DNA of 64,000 nucleotides. Source: Hamiltosporidium tvaerminnensis FI-OER-3-3 (taxonomy: Eukaryota; Fungi; Microsporidia). The DNA is taken from positions 1-64,000 of the forward strand of contig JAKIMF020000005.1 of the NCBI GenBank assembly GCA_022605425.2, read 5' to 3'. The notes beneath the pieces were generated by a model, which was given only the letters and a program-made list of their open reading frames with translations, did not search any database and was not told where the DNA came from. This document shows positions 55,778 to 64,000 of the stretch, piece by piece. The position numbers and the translations under genes are program-made. Position 1 is the stretch's first letter, and each line of letters starts with the position of its first letter.

Positions 55778-55949
55778 GGAAATGCAAAACTTTTATAATT
55801 TTTCAAAATTTAAAATGATTTTACACTATTATTTTTTTTGATTAAGCAATGACATATGTAAAAGAAATTTAAAGAAATATAGCAAAAAATTTATTTGTCT
55901 ATGCGAATTCATGAAATGATATTTTTGAAGATAGTCCTATATTTGTATA

Positions 55950-57382
55950 GGCGAAAGTTGTTTTAAATAGGTAAAAGATGATTTGTAGGGTATTTATTTT
56001 TTTACAATATATTTTAGCTTCTCTCTTAGAGTTTATTAGATATCTTATCAAGCTTTAGGAACGTATCATTATTATCTAAAAATTTGCAATTGGTTCAAAA
56101 AAAATATAAAAATATAAATATAGGTGAATTTTTAATATCGTGGCATCTTCTACTGTGGTAATCTTACTTTGTCTATGGGTATGGGATTATCTATCTCTTA
56201 GTAGTAATCCTCAGATGCCCTGATATATTTCTTTTTCACCATACTAATGTAGAAGCAATGAAACACATGCCACAAATACTGAACGATTTCGTTCTTACTT
56301 TGATATTCGCAGCGGAATGTACTTTTACTCTTACTATCTACGCTGATATGGTTTGTTAAAGGACTTATGTAAGATTATTTGCATAAGTCTGGACATAAAT
56401 CCATAGGGTAGTAAACAACTAACTCGTTCGATCTCGTAAAACAGTCGAATATACTTAAATAAGTGAATTTATTCACTTATGAAAATGTTGATATATAATC
56501 GTATTAACATCAATACCTGTTTTACAGTATCTCTAAGGCAATGAGCTCGATAACGGGACAATATTGCCTATTTAGATAGAATATTTTTTAAAGAATGTAA
56601 ATACAGCAAGTATTTTTAGATTTAAAAACTTATAACACATTAGGGCCTCTTCTATATGAAACTAAATAGAAAATTCGAATTATCTATTTCTCTCTATCTT
56701 ACCCCTAACTTGCTCTTTATGTATCTAACCCTCTCCTCATAAACTTTAAATCAAAATCAAATATAGTATATGTCTTTGGAAAAACTAATTTCTGTTTAAA
56801 TAAATGTGTTCGCCCTAACCCTTAGAACATAATGTAGATAGATCGTTTATTATTGGTTGAGAGCATGTAGTTTCTGTGGTAAATTGTTTATTTACTACGT
56901 CTCGTTTCATGGATTCCTCTTCAAAATGTTCCGAAATTCGTTCTTTTCCTGCCTTTTCGGAAAACGCAATATGGAATGCTGGTATTGGAGTAGGTGAATA
57001 GATTGAACTTACAGTTTTATTAGCATCGCTGCATGTTATATGTAGTGATGCATTGTCAAAAGAACTTATTTCTATGTTTTCTTCTGGTATGTAATTTTCA
57101 TGTAAATAAGATGTCTGAGGATTCGCTTGGAAAGATTCTTGTTTATTTTGAAGAAATTCGGTCGTTGATGTTTCTATTTCTTGAGGTTGAATTGGATCAC
57201 TTTGTATCAAAAAAACCTTTGCAAAACTTAAATAGTAAAAATCAATCAATTCTGGGATAATAATCGTTATTTTCAGCTATAGAATTTGGTTCCCAAACTC
57301 TTTTGTTGTTTCTTTGGTTAGTTGTAGCAAAAAGTTTTAATAAGAAAGTAAAAGTTGCGGGAAAACTAAATGAAATTTTCAT
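55950..57382 (-). pseudogene. Family X copy 3 (distant paralogue); includes ORF 56815..57249
   Basis: ATG at 57382 starts the signal-like MKISFSFPATFTFLLKLFAT, followed by a S/T/E/Q-rich region. YLNRQYCPVIELIAL, LHKSFNKP, AANI, RAS and VEDA match copies 1/2. tttaaataaatgtgttcg is shared at ~56795, ~8781 and ~39798. Confidence 0.55.
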
Positions 57383-57899
57383 GGTTAACTTTTTTTGTAC
57401 GTATATAATTTTTCATTGTTCTATCGATTCTTTTAGAATTTAAAAATTTTCATTTTTTTAGATTCTGGGTCATGTAATACAAGAACCATAAAAATTTTAG
57501 AAATTTGCATTTTCTGGTAGAATATTTTTAACTAAAAGAAATTTGATTCAAGCAACCCGAAACTTTAAGACATACAGATTAAAAAATGACAGTTTTAGAA
57601 AATTACTTTACAAGATGAAAGTTTTATATTTCTGGTTATTTACGGTTCGTACTTTTTATCATCTAAGAATATTAATTTCCGATCTTTTGTATTATTGAAT
57701 TAGAACCATTATATTTGAATTTAATAAAAAATACAACCATTTATTATAATATCAAGATACATTTTAGTTTTAGTGATAATTTTTTATAACTCTTAAATTT
57801 TTGTTTAGTTGACCAAAGAAATGTTCTAGAAAATTCAAATATCATAAAATTTAAAAATATTTCCAGCGATTTGATTTCGAATTTTCAAAGCTAGCAAGT

Positions 57900-60800
57900 A
57901 CCGTATAAATCCTCTTTTTTTCGGTTTCATATTTGTTCAATTTTGCCATCATGTTTTTTTGGGTTACACCTAATACATTATACTTTCTCTTTGAAAGTAA
58001 ACTCGGATTTTCATGACCACTGGGCCATCGGCATCAACACTTTTTGATGAATTATAATTAGAAAATAATTATATAAAAGAACAATATGGCAAAATTTACG
58101 CCTTTTCCTTAAATTAACATACATATTTTAATGAAAATTTAAGTTCAAATGTTCCCAGAATGCAGGTTTTTACATTTTTTCATATTTTCATTATAGTTCT
58201 TCGCTGCTCAATATGTTTTGAAAAAATAAATCACATCAAATTATTAGATACAAAACCAACACTATATAATAAAACTCTGCATCTTTTTTCTTATTTAAAT
58301 AATGAAATATATATGTTGACAACCAAATTATTTGTTTATAAATAAATCACAATCAATTGAAAAACGGTTGTAATTATGAATACAATTCGATGATTTTGAC
58401 TAAGAAATTTTTTATATATATAATTTTTAATATTGTAATTATTTAATAGGTTAACATATGGTAGATGGATAAGTTCTATTTTGAGAATTATTTGAATTTT
58501 TGTAATTTTATGTATATCAACAAGTTTAATCAGTTTTTAAGAAATATTTTTTTCTATTTTTAAGCAATTCATTTTTATAGTTAAAATTTTTCGAATTTAT
58601 ATCTCTACTAGAGATTTTTTTCTTTAAGAAACTTTTGTTTCAGTAATTTTTTTAAATTTTAATTTATATCATTGGAATTTAGTTAAATTGTACTTTTTCA
58701 AGAAAAGGCTTTAATTGTTTTTATTGGTTTTCAGTAATTGATGCGTTTATTTGGTTTATATTTTAAGATTTTATCACCTAAATTATCATAAATTTCGTGT
58801 CTATCTACGTATTTACTGATAACTAAATCTTCTATTATATAATATATATTAGTATTTGCAATTAATTGGGCAAGTTTATAAATAGTTTCCATAAATATTT
58901 ACTACTATTCATTTTTACAGGTAGGGATGATATTTTTTGCCTAATTATTATATCAAACTCTCAATCAATAACCGTTGATTTCCAAAATATATCATTAGTA
59001 AAGATTTAAAAAATACCGCGTATTAGAATTCTTACTCAATTTATATACATCTGATCGTAATGATGTTCTATCGGTTTATAAACATAATTTATTGCATATA
59101 AATTTTAATGTAAAAATATTTCCTAATTTTCCAAATTAGTTGTGGAATCGATTCTTTTTTTAGGATAAAAAATACTTCTTTAGTTTTACTTGCTTTATAT
59201 TGGTGCAAGAGAAACCATGAAAAATTTATATGTATTTTATTATTCGAATTTATTTATTTAGGAAAAATTCTCTTTTACCTGTCCCTTGTATTCTTGTTCA
59301 GAAAGAAAGTCACCAAACCCTAAAAAATTCAAACTTCACACCGGGTATAGAAATATATGTTAAAATCATAATAAAAATATTTTGACTATCTAAATTAAAT
59401 ATAGTTAAGCCCAAAAAAATGTATAGAGCAACTATATCTTAATATAATAGAAAATTAAATAACTTCTTTTTAACACAAATAGTATTTGTTTTGTCATATC
59501 AAGCGGTTTACATTAGAGATATAACCATAGCTTATCATCATGTGAAGAACTAACTATACAAAGAATACAGCGCATGAATCTTTACATTTTATTTCTTTAG
59601 GTTGATTTACCCTAAAAATTTTTTTTTGTACAATTAATTAACCTTGACCGATTTTCAGACGGCTAAAAATTTATTTTTGATCCGAATAGGCTATGATTAC
59701 ATACCGTTTCGAGGTTTTATACAAAGTTTTTAGTTCATTTATTTTACCAGCGACAAATAAAAAAATAAATATATTGTGCTAAGTTGTATAAACTAGAATG
59801 CATATGGGATATACATAAAAATTCTTCTTTTTAAACCTCTTATACTTATGCTTAATACAACATTTTTGACAAGTTATTGTTTAAGTATTAATTTTTTTAA
59901 AACATTAATTTGAGTTATTTATTCGCGTAATATAATTTCAATTCATTTCTGATTTTTTTTGAAACTTCTAAAGCAATCATAGGTTCTAAAAAAATATAGT
60001 CTAAGTGAATTAAAGCTGTGTATAATTATATTTTAAAATTTTCAAAAAGTTATTTCCTAACTAAATTTTTTATAAATTAAAACATTGAACTGTTTGGACT
60101 ATTTTTTTGAGAAAATATTGATCACTTGGATTTTATAAATTGTTAAACATTCGAAGGAAGATCATTCGGTTATAATATTATACATAATTGATGTTTTTAG
60201 GGTATATCCGAATAATAGAAAATCTTTAATTAACTACATATTTTCTTATAAACTATAAAGCAATTTAACAATATATTAATCTTTTTTTCTTTTTTTCTGA
60301 AATAAAATTTGAGAATATTTTCTTTCATTCTTTATTTCTATTTTGATTGTCTAATTTAAATGTATTTTGGAATTGTCTATTTATCTTCTATTAAGAGGCA
60401 ATCAATACAAATAAATGGTAATAATATCATTATACTATTTAGTATTCAGAATAATTTCATAGCCAATTCATTGGTATCTAAAATCTTGCAAAAAATCTAT
60501 TTTCATTCGATTTTTCAAGTTTATTATTGGAGTTTACGTAGGAAGACTGTTTAAATTTATTGGTGTTTTAATTGCTAAAATATAAATTTATATAGTGAGA
60601 AAATATTTTCGTTTTTTTTGCTGATTTGAAATTGAAACTTTAAAATATAAGCTCTGATTCAAAAGTATAACCAAATTTTCAAAAAAAAAATATTTCTTAT
60701 TATATTGGTTTCTAATTTAACTAAAATACTGCTTAAACCACAAATTCACAAGAAATATTTTTTAAGTGTTAATTTCTAGATTTCTTACAAGTAAAAAGAT

Positions 60801-63300
60801 ATTTTTTAATTTTTAAGCCTATATGATAGCTAAGAAAGTGAATAAATTTAAATTAAAAATAGTCTATTATCTAATAAATCGTTGCTTAAAACTGCTAATT
60901 TGTTATTTACTATTAAATATTGTTTATAATTTCAAATGTTAATCAACTAATATTTTCTTTGAGAGATAGTAAGGTTAAACAATCTAATTCACTATATTTG
61001 CATATAATATTAATAATTCTGGTAATATCTATGTATATATGATACAAAATATTATAATAATACGGTAAAAGTTCAGTTTTGATTTACATGACTACATTTT
61101 GAGAGTCTGGTGTGTAAAAACAATTCGTTTAGCTGATACTAGCGTGAATATATATAAAATAAAAATTATTCCTCATTAATCAGTGTAACTCTAGACCTCT
61201 TATGTTTTATGCTTTTATTAAAGGTTCGATATTAAAGAAGGGATTATAACGGCTTTTGTAATATTTGGGTATCTGTGTACACTCTTTTCGTTGAAATAAT
61301 CGGGTTCTCAGATTAATCCGGATTTGGCTCTTTAGATTTTGTTTATTAGCCACATTTTGGGTTGAAGCTTACAGTTAGAGGAAAAATATAAAATCTAACT
61401 CCCTATAATAATTAATATTAATTTCTCAAAAAGATATTTCAAAATCTTTTTATGAACTATGTTCTAGATATATTTAAATAATCTACTACAACTTTGAATC
61501 AAATCATAGAAAAAAAACCGAATGGTTCAAAATTTTATCTCTATTTTTGTTTATTTAGAAATATATTTAAATACTGGCTTGTTCATTGAATTAACTTTTT
61601 TTGTCAGGAAAAAGCCAAAACAAAAAATTTATTTCTAAACCAAGAACCATAAATTTTAAATTTCTATTTTTTTCTATTTGTTCCAAAAAAATTATATAAG
61701 TCCCTGAGCATCTGGTAATATTAAAAGGAATCATTTACATAGTTTAAAAACTTTAATGTACGGTTTTACACTCATATAATTTTTATTTTGCAAAAAGTAA
61801 GATTAAGATTTTTAGAATTCAACGGATATTTCGGATTATCTACCATAGAAAAGGAGAATAACCTCTAGAAAGCAAAAATAATAAGAAAGATAAGAAAAAA
61901 GTAGTGTATCATTTGCGCCATATAAAATCAAAAAAATATTTTAAGAAATAAGCGTATATGTTAATCATTTTTCCTTGCTGAAATTAAATATACGCATTGT
62001 AATAAAATCTATCTTTAAAAATTTATAATACCTAAATAAAATGTTTTTATCTTTGTCTCTAGTAAATAATACAAACACACATAGAGGAATCTAATACAAA
62101 GAAGTAATAATCTATTAATTCGACTTTATATATTTCATTTGCAAAATCCAAATTTATAGGATTCTTCAAAACATTCAAATGCTTATAAAGTCTGTAAATT
62201 TTTTTAGTTTTCTTAAATACTGCGAGGTACAAAAGGCCGTAATATATAAGCTTTTTTGGTTTCTGAACAAAAATTTGGTCTTATAAATAATAGGATTCGT
62301 TTCTCATCGATGTTTATTTTTACTGAATTCACATTTTTATAAATAATAGAATGTTTTTGATTTGCTTCATTTAAACTCCTAGAAGCCTTAGCATACTTCC
62401 TATTCTAATGAATCACTAAAAATTCAATTGGTATTATTCGAACTTTCATTTAAGAAAACTTTCAAGAGAATGTACATAACGAAAAAGATTCGGGTTGGGC
62501 TGGTATTAACTATCATTTCCTTGATCTAGATTTTCGATCATTTTTAATTGATTCGTCTTGGAATTTTACTTTGTTTATATGCTTATTAAATTTTAATATT
62601 TCTTATTTTTTTTAAATTCGAGATTTTGGAATTTCTGTATCTGTTTGATAAGTATATTCTTTTTAGATTATCCATTTTTTAGATTTATGGCCCTCTAAAT
62701 TCAAATTTTCGTCTGCATTGATCAAATATTTTTTTAATATTTTCTCAGATAGAAATTAAATAAGAAGGCTTGTTTTAATGTATAAAACTGAAATATTTAA
62801 GCCTAGAAATTACTTAAGAATTAATCAAATATGTTTAAATATGTAGTATATAACGCATTTTTAAGCACCAAAAAAATTGTTGTACAGATCTATTGAATAG
62901 TGAAATTTAAAAGTTTATTCGAACTGGAGCATAATGTTCTGTTTTATAATTTTTAAAAAATAAAACAGTTGAATCGACAATTGCTTTACGAAAAGAGCAC
63001 TTTCTGAAACTCCAGCAAATAATATCAAATCCATCAACTATTATTAATCTCTTTCCTAACTAAGGAACAAGCAAAACGGATATAGCTAGATATTATATGA
63101 AATATTTTATTGCAAGAAAACTTCTGAATTAAAAATCAAGTGTTTTTTTGACATTCTGCAGTATGACACATGAAACTGTTACATACAATCAAACTAATAA
63201 ATTTCATAACCCTTTGTTTAATATAAACGAAATCTGCGTCAAAAGATTCTGAAGAAGTCAAAAAAAATTCTGATTACATTAAAATAGAAAGTATTATTTA
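57900..63300 (-). other. Coding-like but heavily disrupted sequence, unassigned
   Basis: Patches of higher GC and short protein-like minus-strand translations (e.g. LSEKILKKYLINADENLNLEGHK at ~62685-62750). No recognisable family. Confidence 0.2.
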
Positions 63301-64000
63301 CTCTACAATATATGTTATACTATGGAAAGTTTCTTGTGAAAAATATTAAAAAAATAGCGTAAAAACATTGAATATACAGGAAGAATATTCGACCAATATA
63401 TAAATGAGAAAATAATAGAATTTTATATTTTTAGATTAAATTAACTTATTTTTAATAAACTTATCATAAATATGTTGGTTAACTTTCGAATATTTATGTT
63501 CTTTTTGATTTTTTAATTGCATTCTAATACTTCTTACGTAAATATGCAAAATAATTCAATCTCTAGATATATAACGCATATTATGTACGATTGAGACTTG
63601 TTTGTTGCTATTGTAGCTTAATACTCACATTTTGGACCAAATCAAACAAAAATAAAAATATCGTTTTAGTTTTATATTTTAAAATTATTTTAATACCAAA
63701 TATAACAAGAAATTATTAAAAAAATGTTTCATATTTTGTTATTTTATGGTAAAATAATTTATTACAAAAAATATCTTTTTTATTAAAAAAAATGTGTATT
63801 TTCGTGATATATTTTTTTAACAGAATCAAATCGTTTACGTCTTATAATAAGCCATAATGCAAGAAAAAAAATATTGAATAATTTCAATCTTTATTTATAT
63901 ATACATAATATTTATCAAATTCTTGAGAAAATATTCTTCTGCATTTAAGATCCAATAAAAAAAAAGTAAAAATTAACCAAATAAAATATTGATTAACCCC

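Noticed and set aside
56215-56320. CGMCFIAST...H resembling a Penelope GIY-YIG endonuclease
   Set aside because: Comparison with X copies 1 and 2 favours the AANI...TM...RAS reading, and the motif is not kept in frame.
59270-59300. IQGTGK Walker-A-like motif on the minus strand
   Set aside because: It lacks the following S/T, lies near stops, and has no supporting motifs.
4190-60554. Short F/L/I/K-rich ORFs (e.g. 4190, 15910, 20109, 26303, 30304, 34871, 40014, 40569, 41335, 45193, 46169, 55153, 57033, 58160, 60360)
   Set aside because: Their composition is expected by chance in AT-rich DNA, and many lie in repeats or antisense to pseudogenes.
1-64000. rRNA, tRNA, hammerhead ribozymes or a true terminal telomere tract
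   Set aside because: None recognised by eye. The few CTGANGA matches showed no obvious hammerhead stems, and CCCTAA motifs are dispersed rather than tandem. A covariance-model search would be needed to exclude small RNAs.

Overview
Very AT-rich, gene-poor DNA that looks eukaryotic, consistent with a repeat-rich microsporidian or other fungal/protist genome (inference; the host cannot be identified from the sequence). The only near-intact coding unit is a plus-strand non-LTR retrotransposon (about 48.5-52.1 kb). It has an atypical ORF1 with a C4 zinc ribbon that one 58-nt GT-AG intron would join into a single frame, an APE endonuclease, and a reverse transcriptase split from it by one frameshift. 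Most of the rest is decayed repeats. There are five minus-strand copies of an unknown ~4.5-kb gene (family Y), three copies of a probable type-I membrane protein pseudogene (family X), and three copies of a ~2.1-kb non-coding element (R), one dense in CCCTAAC motifs. A ~9-kb segmental duplication links 4.7-13.7 kb and 35.7-44.7 kb. The centre is a structured satellite block: a ~190-bp array, a TAACACCC minisatellite with an 88-bp higher-order repeat, an AT-rich spacer, and a second ~190-bp array. At 55.4-55.8 kb is a CRISPR-like array of eight 21-bp palindromes spaced about 53 bp apart. All alignments were done by eye, and boundaries of decayed features are approximate.
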